DNA of 64,000 nucleotides, from assembly GCA_002269645.1 (NCBI GenBank), contig NIVC01002646.1:1-64000 (forward strand), written 5' to 3'. Under the pieces are notes generated by a model. That model was not told the origin of the DNA, did no database searches, and saw only the letters and a program-made list of their open reading frames with translations. The stretch comes from Macrostomum lignano (lineage: Eukaryota). The first letter of the stretch is position 1; each line of letters starts with the position of its first letter. A program made the translations under genes and the position numbers. Of the stretch, positions 48,898 to 60,460 are shown one piece after another.

Positions 48898-49021
48898 ATT
48901 TATCCTAGGGCACGTGTTCTGTACGTCCGTAGTCAATTCTACTAAGTGTTCATATTTTCCGGTAAAATAGCACCAGCATAACATAAAGCGACAAGTTATT
49001 TAATAAGCTACGCTAGCTACA

Positions 49022-51324
49022 CTACATGTACTCGCGACACTTGGCTAGAATAGTATCAATACTCGGTCGGTCAGTAGACGATCCGCCTGCCTGACTAAAC
49101 ACAAGCCGACACTCTGCATCACTACCCGATCCGTTATATTCTACTTTCAGTAGAAAATCGCCACCCATCTGCAGCAGATCCTCTGTGTTCACATCGGCCG
49201 GTTTGTCCGTTTTAACACCACAAGCGGACAGTTGGGCGTAGTGATGGAGAGCCGCTACGCCCCAGCTGTTGACAGCGGAACGATTCAAACCAAAGCGTCG
49301 ATACAGGTCACGTTCCGGGTCGGCGAAGGCACCTACTGAAGGATCATCGGATGTCTCTGTGCATGTACTATTTGGAGTTTTGTCAACTAGGCAGACGCGA
49401 GTTAACCAGTTGCGGATGACGTCTGGATCGGAAGCGAAGCTGATGAGCAGCGGGCGGCAGTGCGCAGCTTGCAGGCTTGGCTGCGCGGGTGTGTAAGATT
49501 TGGGTTATTGTAAATAATATATTATCCATGACAGTTAGTCAGTCAACCTGTCACAATCGCAGAGTTAATACGGCATGCAGTGGCGTAACACGGAGGCGTG
49601 ATCGGAAAACGAAACTTAAAAAGGCCAACAAGCTAGATTTATGACAAGAAATTAACAAGCCCGGGATAGCGGTAGCCCACCAAGAGGCAGGGGCGGGGCC
49701 CACCAAAAGATGGAGGGCGCCCACCAAAAGACAGGGGCTCCCACTAAGAGACAAAGGGTGTCCGCTAAAAGACAAGGACGTCCACCAAGAGACAGGGGTG
49801 CCCGCTAAAGGACAGGTACTCTAACCAAGAGATAGGGGCACCCAGCAAGAGACAGGGGCGCCCACCAAGATCCTTGGGACCCTTAAGTTTGATTAACCTT
49901 TACCTTGATTACTGACTAATCTCTGGACTGTTTTTACAAAACGACACTTACTCTAAGTGGAGCAACCCCTCTCAAGACCCAATTGTCTGGCACAAGTATA
50001 TGCCCCTACCTAGGGCTTTGGGGACGCCTCAGACAAAAATTGAAATACTGTAAACTACTGTATGCATGTGTGGCACCATAGGGTAATAAGTGTGTTTGTT
50101 ATAAAGTCATTCAGAAGTAGGTCATTCAGATAACCCAACATCATGCATGAGTATACATTTATAGCAGGAGATATAGTATATGGATGAACCTAAAGAGGTG
50201 CATACATTTTAAAGTTTAGCTGCCAGAAAAATAAAATTGCCATTTTGGGGAACTATGAAAATGATTTGGTATGCAAACTTTCAAAACTAAAAGGCTCTTA
50301 ACAATCTCTTAATATAAAACTACTCACAAGCCGCAACTGCAACTCTACCGCATGCTGCTGTCATGGATGTCAGGCTAAATGGCGTAGGAAAACTAGCAGA
50401 AGAAATTTAGTTCCTTGGCCAATCAGATTGCTGAGTGGGAGCTGCTGCTTAGTCGTTGCACAGACCAGTTGCATTTGAAGGACATCAGTAGCATTGGATC
50501 CAGGACTTTGAGGTAGCCACTGCTGTAGATATTTTGAATCAAGCTTAGTGAGAAATTCATCCCATGATTCCTATAAAAAAGCAAGAAAAATAATCATATA
50601 AAAATTTTGTAAAATTAATTTTTTAGTACAATAAAAATTTGGTTACCTCAAATTGCAAAAGATTTTCATATACTTCCTGAACCTCATATTGTACAAAATT
50701 TGCTTTGAACAGGGAATCTAATTCCTTGAATGAGTTGACACTGCATCTAAAAATTATCATATATATAAAAAAGTTTTTTTTATTGATCATTAATATATAA
50801 TGCTATTAATTTTTCCTAAACTGCAAATATACTTACTGTTTAAGCATAGATGAATATAAGCCAATCAATCTTCCACAAGTCAGCAATCTTTTGTCAAAGT
50901 TCTCTATACTATCATCTGAAAGGTAAATTTAAAAGACAAAAAGTAGTACACTTAGAATGTTTGCAGGGTATCAATTTACCTGTGAATAGTTGAAATTTTC
51001 AGTTTTTAATTCTTAATTTCTTAATTTAAGATCAAATTTAAGATTTAAATTTTAATTTAAATTAAGATCAATTTAAGATCTTAATTTAAGATCAAATTAA
51101 GTTTTTAACTTAATTTGATCTTCAACTAACGATTTTTAATTATTGATTATCTTGGAAACTTATTTTGCACTTAAATAACCAATTGATAATGAAAAACAGA
51201 CTTTTTGAGAAAACAGCTAACGATTACAAAGAAAGGCTTACTCACCTGCAAAAGTGTCCTTCAATTCAAGCAATACTTTGTTGGCATTTTGAATAAAACT
51301 ACTGACTGCAGAGAGGAAGTCCAT
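49022..51324 (-). CDS. SELENOL: Selenoprotein L-like (thioredoxin / AhpC-TSA fold, UxxU motif, two Sec), 319 aa, 5 exons
   Basis: Exons 51324-51246, 50915-50837, 50746-50647, 50570-50328 and 49480-49022, all GT-AG, 960 nt total and in frame. Protein: MDFLSAVSSFIQNANKVLLELKDTFADDSIENFDKRLLTCGRLIGLYSSMLKQ..VYENLLQFEESWDEFL..KFLLLVFLRHLA-U-HP-U-QQHAVELQLRLPSLQAAHCRPLLISF..FADPERDLYRRFGL..DLLQMGGDFLL..DRPSIDTILAKCREYM*. TGA codons at 50372-50370 and 50363-50361. SECIS downstream. Confidence 0.92.
49675..49870. repeat. ~20-bp degenerate minisatellite in SelL intron 4
   Basis: Recurring CCCACCAAGAGACAGGGG. Confidence 0.8.
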
Positions 51325-51819
51325 TGTTCTGAAGATTAAAACTTATATATGGACTATTATGAACACAATAAACTGAATCTAGATTGTGCTAGCTACATGA
51401 TAAAATTGTATCTAAAAAAATGGAGGCAGAAAAAGCGGCAAAAAATATAATACTATTTCATTGAATCATTTTGAACGAAAATTGACATTAGTATTTATAA
51501 ATTTATGGATTTTAGACAGTTTAAAGAAAATTTAAATGACAAAAAAGTAAATATTATAATATTAATTGCTTCTTGAAACAGCTATGTAACCACCGAAACC
51601 TGAAAACCATAGACTCATTTGATTAAATCATTCTAAAAAGTGATATCTATAAAAATCGGAAAGAAGCCTAAACATCACGGCATCGCCCTGTGAACCACTT
51701 CACACGTTCAAGGAAGCAATGCCCCCATCAGCCAATGCCAAAATATTGGACCGTACTGTTTTGGCCTTTAACTAAATACAGAACACTAATTACAGAACAA
51801 CAGGATACGCGTTCAGCGT

Positions 51820-52320
51820 CGTCACACGGCGCGCCTCAGGGTCAGCAGGTCGCGAATGAACGCTACGTACGCCGCTGTCCAAATCCAGGGCGCTGGCGTT
51901 AGCCAGCAGACAGTCCACGAAACGCAAGTGCGTTTAACAAGGCCACATCGTCATTCGCGTTGAGTCGTACTGCCCACATCTGGTGCAGGAGGTGCTGCTT
52001 CTGCAGGCACAACAACAACAACAACAATTCAGAATACAATTGCGTCACAGGGCGCGCTTCAAGGCCAGGTCGCGAATGAACGCCACGCCGCCGGCCAAAT
52101 CCGAGACGCCGGTGTCAGTCAGCCAGTGCGCGCCTGCCCTCGCCGGTAGAGTGCTTGATGCAGCGTTAGCAATTAACAGCACCTCCTGCGCGCCTCTGGG
52201 CAGTACGATCCTGCATGCGCTGATGATGTGGCCTGCCAACTGGAGTCGCTGACGGCGCAACAGGTCGCTTGGACGGACCAGGCCGGCGCGATGATACAAA
52301 ACCGCGTTGGTCACTCACTC
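51820..52320 (-). mobile_element. Two tandem RTE 3' end remnants
   Basis: TNAVLYHRAGLVRPSDLLRRQRLQLAGHII..VAFIRDLALKRAL. The GGTCGCGAATGAACGC block is duplicated at about 51849 and 52067. Confidence 0.7.
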
Positions 52321-52324
52321 GCGG

Positions 52325-52730
52325 CCGATCTTGAAGGCGGCGCGCAGCAGGCCATGCGTGCAACAGCAACCCGCCCTGGAGGGTTACCTGGGGGAAGTCT
52401 ACTCGGGGCGCCTCACCTTCCACGACGGCCCAAGAAATCAGAAGTTCCTCGTCTCGCAGACCCGCGCAGGCCACTCTCCGGCGTCGGCTTACTATAAGAA
52501 GCGTATCGGGACGACCGACGAGGCCACCTGCAGGCTCTGCAAGGACGAGGTGGACCAATTACACCTACTGACATGTCCCGCCTTGGATTCGACACGCCGC
52601 TTGTTTGGAGTTCATAACCTTAGCGACATTGCCGATGGTCACTTGGTGGCGCGGCTCCTGGGTGCCCTCGATTGGGTCCCCATCTGAAGGAGCCGCACTC
52701 CGCAATCAACAACAACAACAACAACATCGT
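52325..52730 (+). mobile_element. LINE 3' end with C-terminal Cys/His motif and (CAA)n tail
   Basis: QTRAGHSP..CRLCKDEVDQLHLLTCPAL..RLLGALDWVPI* followed by CAACAACAAC. Same family as 7190-8225. Confidence 0.8.
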
Positions 52731-52734
52731 CAGC

Positions 52735-55700
52735 TCCCAGGCGATCTAGGACGGTGTCGATCGATCATTGCCTGGAACAACGCCGCCCTCTGGCGGCCAG
52801 TTAGGGCCTCGGACGGCAGGACTGCACTCTCAGAACGAAGGCAGCCCAGGCAGCCCGCGGCGATGTCATAAATCTTTGCGGACGCCGGAAACCAGACCGC
52901 CAAGGTAGGTGAACCGCTGACAACGCGGGGCTCCATCGCCTGTCCATCAACCCCCCAGCACAAAATCACAGCCCCGATGTCTTCCTGCACGTAAATCAAG
53001 CACGACAGTTTTCTGCGTGTTGACCACCAGGCGACACTCGCCGCATCATCAACTATAGATTGTACAGTTGTCTGGGCGCCCTCAAAAGTTTAGGTCAGCA
53101 GGGCAAAATCCTCGGCGCAGCCAAGCACGCTGAGCTGTCTCTCCGGTTGACGTCGATCCACGCGTCGCCGCATCAGAAAGCCGTCGTCGTTGTGTAGGAA
53201 GAGCGGTCCGCAGCACCCAGTCAAGCACCAGAACGAACAGGAACGGAGCAAGCGTATCTCCCTGAAGCACCCCGGTGGATGTCTCAAAAAAGTCCGATAG
53301 GCCGTCCGGTGTTGATACAGCAGCTTTCGTATCACGGTACATCGCCATGATAGCGGAAATCAGCTGCTCTGGCCCGTTGTACGCACGGAGCACCTTTGGG
53401 AGCACAAAACTGACGACCGAGTTGAATGCCTTCTTGAAATTTATAAAGATAACAATCAGGATCGGTGGCGCATCCGCGCCTCCTCGATGACTCGGCGAAG
53501 AGCTAGGATCTGCGTCACTGTGCCGCGATGGGGCCGGAAGCCGATCTGCTCAGGACGCAGATACGGATCCAGCACGGGCTGCGCCTGCGATAGCAACATC
53601 CGGTTTAACAGCCTCGCAGCGCAGGATTCTTAGAAATTGCGACAATGTGCGCCCTGGTTCACTCGTTGGGTGCCTCCTCACCGAAGAGCACTCTGCAGTT
53701 TATCACTCTGGCAACCTCGCTGGCTACACAGTAGATGCTAAGCGCATCGATGGGCACCCCATCGGGATCCAGCGCTTTCCCGCGTGGTGTCTGTTGCGCG
53801 AGCCTCACAATGTCGACTGTGCTGATGAAGAGTTGATTCGGGAGGTGATCAGTCTCCCGAAAACTCCCACTTCCAGACACTTAAGCCTGGGAACAAAATA
53901 AAGTGATCACTTACTGTTGCGGGCTCCTCTTCTGTGTAGTGCAGGTTCTCCGAGCTCGTTTCTTCAAATCTTCTTCTTCTCCGGAGGAATCTTCTTGAAG
54001 TCTCGAATCGGCCGAATGAGAGCGTGACGATCAAATCAGGCGACGTCGCAGTATTTCTCGAATGCAAATCAATATAGGCCTTAAGCTCAGTAATCAATAT
54101 CAACGATGCGCCCTTGTAATAAAATCAACTTTCTGTAATAATCACGAGGACCTCCAAGAGGGACGTCTTCTTCTAGATCTAACGGAATCGGAGTCGTGTG
54201 CTCCTATCGGTTAATCTAGGATAACCAAAATCAATCAATCGATAATCCTCTAAGGGTATCGGAATCGGTCCGCAGATCCAATCCAATCCCTTAGGAAAAT
54301 GGGAGGCCTCAAATTCAATGAACTCAGTCCAAACGACTGGACAGTAACGGCCGGCAATAAATCGCTCTCAAAATCAATAACAAAGGCTCGAGCAACGGCT
54401 CACCAATTGGTTTATCTCTCTCTCAGAGATGTAGCCTCGCTTAGCTGTTCCAGCAAGCTCCAAGATCTTTAGAGGCTGCTCCGAGTCCCAAGATCTTTTG
54501 AGGCTGCTCCGAGTCTGAGATATTTAGCTGAGGAAAAATTGTTGAGAAACAGCTTATTTTTAGTAGGTGACAGTTTCGCGCTTTGGAAATTTGACCCCTA
54601 TGGAATACAATAGCTTTGAGCGCCGATACCATATTCGGAGTTCTAAATTTAAATGTTGCAAAAGATGGTCACTTGTTGTTTTCGTGGTCTTTAAAAATAA
54701 AGTATGACAATTTGCAGTTTTTGTAACATTCGAGTTTTTCGCATCTTCATGTTGCTACTTATAGTAGTCTACTTTGTATCTTATTTGGAGATCTCTACAC
54801 TGACTCATGCTAGGCTGAAAATCTCCTCTTCCAGCAACATAATATCAGGGGGCAGGGTCAGACTGTCTGTGGCAGCGGGGGCGGCGGCGCATTGAAAATG
54901 GCGGCGAAGAACTCACGCAGCTCGTTCCTGCGCTCGTCGGCAGAGTCACCCGCCAGGTTTAGCGGAATGCGCCGCTTTCGCCCCATCAGAGAGTTGAAAG
55001 CCGACCAGGCCACGCGACTTCTCTGTCACAAGGACCACTGTATATAGCTATATACCGTGGTCCTTGGTCTGGCATCGGGCCCAGCGGCGGAGAGGGCCTG
55101 AATGGCGTCATCAACAGCAGCCTGCTGCAGATAGACTGCTGCAGATAGACTGCTGCAGATAGACTGCTGCAGATAGACTGCTGCAGATAGACTGCTGCAG
55201 ATAGGCTGCTGCAGATAGACTGCTGCAGATAGACTGCTGCAGATAGACTGCTGCAGATAGACTGCTGCAGATAGACTGCTGCAGATAGACTGCTGCAGAT
55301 AGACTGCTGCAGATAGACTGCTGCAGATAGACTGCTGCAGATAGACTGCTGCAGATAGACTGCTGCAGATAGACAGCCGCCAAGGCCTCCTCTGCCTCGC
55401 GGGTTGGCCGCCTGCTCAAAAGGAGTCTCTTCTTCAGCACTTCCCTCGCTTGCCCAATCGCGGGGTCGTCTTGCCATATCGGCTGCCCCCGCTGGGCCGG
55501 TCGCATCAGCGGGACTGCTTGTTCTGTGGCGGCCCGAACTGAAACACACACAACTCCGCGTACTCGGCACCTCCACAATTGCCACCGAGCGCAGTGATGA
55601 AAGCGCTATCAAAGCGACTGTGCGTGTCGGCGTTCCTGAGCACGCGGTCGTAGCCGCTGCAGCGAACGGTAGAGCGAATCGCGAAGACAAAGGTCGCAGA

Positions 55701-56130
55701 CGACGCGAGGAGTCCATGCTCAGACCGCATAGCCAGCGGCGTGATGGCGCGGCGGCGCTCGCGGAAGCGCACCAGCACATGATCGAGCTGTGCCTGCCTC
55801 CTTGTTGCGTTCCGGCCACGCACATTCTGATGCTTGCGCTTGCAGCCCACAAAAGTTGCGAGTCTGCCCGGTGGCTTGCGGAAGCGGGTGTTGGCCGACA
55901 CCATTTCCTGCCTCTCTAGAAAATCCTCCAGCGCTCTGTTGCTGCCGTTCTCACCTGGAGTGATGAACGGTGACCGCTAAGACCTCATTAGCAGTTAGCG
56001 TTAGCGGTTCGCGTTCAGTTCTCCGAGGATGATCACTGTGTCACGCTGCAACGTTTGCCTCCACCTGTACCGAAAGCTGCTCGAAGAAGTCCTTAGCCTC
56101 ATCAGGACAGGTGGCGGGGGGCGCATACTC
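52735..56130 (-). mobile_element. Fragmented RTE LINE (endonuclease + RT) with nested insertions
   Basis: Endonuclease fragments at about 56130-55600 (VIILGELNA-like, QLDHVLVR..RSEH). RT at 53830-53050 (INFKKAFNSV, GVLQGDTLAPFLFVLVLDWVLR, LGCAEDFALL). Unrelated sequence at 53830-54890. Confidence 0.8.
55128..55373. repeat. 14-bp minisatellite inside the RTE
   Basis: Unit GACTGCTGCAGATA, about 17 copies. Confidence 0.95.
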
Positions 56131-56454
56131 ACAGAACCGGCGAACGTTTGTTACAATTACTTGACTTGTGACTATATGCAAGGTAATATTGGGTTGTAGT
56201 GCTTGGTAGTATAGCTTGTCCCTCCCCCTTAAAAATTTTTCTGGATCTGGAGTGTTCTGGGGAGCTCAAGGACAAAAATGCCCTTGAAGTGAAAAAAGTG
56301 AAGCTTGCAGACAAATCCCTGAGACTTTGTTGGATTAAATATGATTATTTTACTAACCAGTCAGTAGCCTTGGACCAAACACTTGCTTCTACCGTCGGAA
56401 AACTGCTCACCCGAAATTTCTCGTGCTACAAAAGACTCTCAAAAAGTCCAACAA

Positions 56455-56772
56455 GGGCTTTAGCACCAAGGGCTTTAGCACCAGGGGATTTAGCACCAAG
56501 GGTTTATCACCAGGGGCGCCAGCGGCACAGGGGACGCCAGCGGCACCAGAGGCTTTAGCACCAGGGGCGACAGCGGCACCAGGGGCGACAGCGGCACCAC
56601 GGGCGACAGCAGCACCAGGTGATTTAGCACCAAGGGTTTATCACCAGGGGCGCCAGCGGCACCAGGGACGCCAGCGGCACCAGAGGCTTTAGCACCAGGG
56701 GCGACAGCGGCACCAGAGGCTTTAGCACCAGGGGCGACAGCGGCACCAGGGGCGACAGCGGCACCAGGGGCG
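56455..56772. repeat. GC-rich compound ~18-bp repeat
   Basis: GCACCAGGGGCGACAGCG and TTTAGCACCAAGGG units. Confidence 0.9.
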
Positions 56773-56879
56773 TCAGAACTTTTGCCTCTCCCCCAAGCTA
56801 CATGAACGTCTCCTAGTGCTTCACCCCACTTGTTCGCTCTTGACAGCGAAGCAATCACGTGTGACCTACAATTGTCACT

Positions 56880-58565
56880 TTGATTTACTTTTCTTAGCTG
56901 CAGGGCGGTCCGAAGACGCAGCGGGGAGGCGAGCGTCGCCCATTCCGCTAATCCCTGAAAGACCCGCATAGGCTAGGGCGCGGGGCCGGTCAGGGAGGTC
57001 TGACGGTCCTGTCTGCAGCGTTGTCTTCGGTGGGGAAGACGGAGGCTCGCTCGGTGGCCCGGAAGAACCGGATGAGCCGTGGGATGTTCTCGGGCCGGCA
57101 AACGTCGTCCAGGGACGGGTTGGGCCCGAGGTGGTTGAGCCGGTCTCGGTTGAAGGCCGGGCAGTAGCAGACGAAGTGCTTGGCGTCTTCGTTCTCGAGG
57201 TTGCAGAAAGGGCAGAGTTCGCTCCGGCGGGCACTTCGGAGGAAACAATGCCTGGCAAAGCAACCGTGACGTGAAGGTCATAGTGAGAGCGCGGATATCT
57301 TTTTGATTTTGGTTCAAAAGGATTCTCCGCAGCTTGAGGGACGGATTGGGCACTGCCGCACGAGATTGGCGGCAGTTGGAGATACCATCCCATCTGCGCA
57401 AGTGCAGGATGTCCGCCCAGTCGTTAATCTGACGATTGATGACTGTGGCGGGGATGGGGGCCAGGGGCACGGGGCCAAGGGGCGAGCCGGAACAGCCTGC
57501 CTTAGCGAGGAAGTCGGCGAGCTCGTTACCTTTGAAGCCGGCGTGTCCTGGGATCCATGTAAGCCGGACGGTGTTCCTCCGAGCCAGCTTGTTGAGCTGC
57601 CCGATACAGTCGCGGACTGTTCGGGAGTTCGTAGTGGTGTGACACAGGGCCTGCAGGGCGGCCTGGCTGTCAGAGTGGAAGAAAATTCTTCTGTCCTTGA
57701 AATCCCTGCAGTGGAGCTCAGCTGCACAGGAGCTGATGACAAGGATTTCGTTCTGGAAGACGCTGGAGAGTCTGCTAGTGTGTTGGGCGTGAGTAGCAAT
57801 CACGCGGCCGTTGATAAGGATGCAGACTCCAAAGCCGGATAAACCGTCTTTGGAGGATCCGTCAGTAAAGCAGTGAACCTCCTGAGGAGCCCAGCTGTCG
57901 TTGGCGTTCTCCCTAGAGGGGATAGTGACCTTGAAGCGTTGGTAGAGATTGAGGGAGCGCGGCTCAGCGTCCGAAAGGACAGCCGCATTCCCACTCTCCT
58001 CCAGAACTTTAAGGCACAGGTCAGAGTGCGGCAGGAGCTTGCGCTTCGCCATCGCTCTTTGTGGCTTGAAGCTAACGCCAGCCTCGATGAGCCGGCGGGT
58101 GGTTTTAGCAGCCTCGCGACGGACAAAGATGTCCAGAGGCGCGAGGCAAAGAAAAGCGTTGAGGCCGTCAAAGGGAGCAGAGAGCGGGGCATTCAGGATC
58201 ATGCGGCACGCACGTCCCTGCACCTTTTTGAGGGCTTCGTGGCAGGTTTTAATCTGCAAGGCGCTGGTCCAGACCAGGCCGGCGTAAGTAACGGCCGGTC
58301 GGACCATTGCGGTATAGATCCACCAGAGCTGTTTCGGGGTGAGGCCCCAGGTGGTGCCGACGGCTCTGCGCAGCTGCGCAAGAATCGCGAGGGCTTTTTT
58401 GGTTTTGGCCTGGACGTGGGTGGACCAGCTCAGCCGATGGTCCAGCGTCACGCCGAGACACTTGGCTTGCTTGCAGGATGGAATTTCCACCCCGTAAAGC
58501 TTTAGTGGGCGAATACGCCAGTTAACCCTGCTGGTGAACATGATCGCGACAGTTTTGGTCTGTCC
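56880..58565 (-). mobile_element. 5'-truncated LINE with RT C-terminus and RNase H (R1/Loa-like)
   Basis: KTVAIMFT..AKCLGVTLDHRLSWSTHV..IYTAMVRPAVTYA..CFTDGS..FHSDSQAAL..WIPGHAGFKGNELADFLAK. The 5' end abuts the THAP transposase. Confidence 0.9.
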
Positions 58566-58569
58566 AAGA

Positions 58570-60019
58570 AGAGATCCAAGAAGGCTGAAACCTGAATGCC
58601 GGGATCGCAGGGGTGTAAGAAAGAGGCAACTATCTCATTGGGAGAGCTTATTCTGGCACCAAGAAGCTCGATCGCTCGAATATTGTGCTGAGTCCCATCG
58701 CATGTAAATGATGAGGCAATAACGCCAACCTGGTAGAGCCGCTGGATTGATTCCTCTACGACACTTGAAAGAAATTCGCCATCAACTCCGCTCACTAGAA
58801 AATATCCTAAAGGTAGCTTCCAATAGCTCTTGAGACCCACTGCCATCACTACCAATGCTGAAGTTGCCTCCTGATCAGTTGACTTGCCATCGCCTTTGTC
58901 AACATAGCCAAAGAAACTGCCTTCATTTGAATTCCACTGAACCATCGCTTCCAGTGACATTTCATCAGCTACAACGTTGCAGTAGTCGAAGGATCGGTCA
59001 TCATTGGAGCTGCGTCGCCGAGAAAGTTCCTGAAAGGCTTGTTCACAAAATCCTGGAAGGCATTTCGCATTCGAGAGCCATCTTCTAAGCGAACCTGGAT
59101 GCGGAAGCTGAAAGTACTGTCTCACATACGCATAGGCCTTCGGGCTGTAAAAGTGCAATGTGGAGGCGAATTTCCGCACTTCGTGGGAGAATATTCTTGT
59201 CCTCTTGGTAATCTTGCTTGGCAAAATGCTGCTAAGCAGTGAATCGGAGGTCAAGAAATTCAGCCGAGATGCAGCAGCTTCATTCAAAATACATTTGGCT
59301 CTTAACTCTCGAATCACATCTTTCAGGGTCTTGGCTCTTTGTTTAATTTGCCTATGCTTTGAGCGCAGTGATCGAATTTTGCGGTACTTGCTCTGGAGCG
59401 ACCGCCTTAAGATTTCAACAGCCTTTGCACTTTTCTTGAACCGGCTATGAGTAGATAGAAGCCTTCTGTATCTGCGCCGAAGATTTTTAAGTGCTCTCAC
59501 CTTCTTGTCGAATTCTTCTCTGGGCACGCAGTTAACATGGATGTCCGGTCCAGGATCTTCATCTTCCTTGGCAGCCACTGGAGCTTCCGGCTCGCTGCTC
59601 TCTATTGATTTACAAAATGCAGCGAAATCAACTTCGCGAGCTGCGGCCGCGGTGGCAGTCTTCCGTTTCTTCTCAGCTTTCGGCTGCAGATGGTCAGGGA
59701 ACGCCGGGAAGATGGAAGGAACGGCATTTGGATATAGCCGTCTTTTGACGCTAGGCAGAAAGCCTGCAAATTGCTCTTTGAAGCAAGATTCCTCAAAATG
59801 CATTGAGCAGACTTGCGTGGATGGCGATGGCTCAAAATCTTTTCTTCTCAGCGCTATCAGCCACTTTTTCCTTATTTCCTTGTCCTTTGGAAAAGTATGA
59901 AAGGACACTCTCGCCAAAGACATTGCTGAGTTGTTCGAGCAGCCAGCAGCGCAGCAAAAGCTGCCGTAATTTCCTTTTCTTTTCCTCGGCAATTTAGAAG
60001 ATTCAGGTTGTTCTTTCAT
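58570..60019 (-). mobile_element. THAP-domain P-element-like (THAP9-type) transposase, truncated at its 3' end by the LINE
   Basis: C2CH THAP domain (CCAAGC..SFHTFP..W..VCSMHF..AVPSIF), a coiled coil, then FASTLHFYSPKAYAYVR..LPHPGSLRRW..VADEMSL..LPLGYFLV..TCDGTQHN..SAFLD, where homology stops. Confidence 0.9.
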
Positions 60020-60460
60020 TTCGTTTTGAGAAATTATTAATTTTTTAATAACTTTGCTTAGCTGTTTAAGGTTAGTATAGCATTGCTATTGTGGTCCCCA
60101 TGCCGCATTAATATACATGTTAATTTAAAAAAGGGCAGTGCAGACAGCTGAAGAAGGGCCAGTCTTCCCCAAGCCAAAAATATCGATCGTTTTGGGCTGG
60201 GGTAGAGAGGACCATTTTTTGCTTTGTCATTTTGTCAAAAAACGAGCCCACGCAAGCAATGCTGGATGCGCAGTCTAGTTATACTTATTGGTCTGTGGAT
60301 CAAACAAAGAGGCTCGAAATACGCTATTTTCTTGGAGAAAGCAACTTTAAGCAGGGGGGGGCAAAATGTTTGGGGAACGAACAGAAGCCCAGAAAAGTAA
60401 ACTTCTCTGGGTAAAAAACTTTTGTTTCCTAAAAAATTAGCTTTAGCTACAGCCTTGTAC

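Noticed and set aside
48900-48960. ATGA..AA motif close to the SelL stop as a SECIS
   Set aside because: No continuous helix II and no matching 3' GA core.
50361-50372. SelL as a pseudogene with two nonsense mutations
   Set aside because: Both stops are TGA at the redox-motif positions, all exons are otherwise intact and in phase, and a SECIS is present.
50647-50674. Alternative SelL exon 3 donor at 50673 (GTATAT)
   Set aside because: It is in frame but would drop VYENLLQFE, which fits the family. The donor at 50646 (GAG|GTAACC) is stronger.
56130-56880. Continuation of the THAP transposase beyond the LINE
   Set aside because: No downstream P-transposase motifs could be read there.
57303-58505. 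Plus-strand ORFs of 130-210 aa
   Set aside because: GC-rich antisense shadows of the LINE RT/RNase H ORF.
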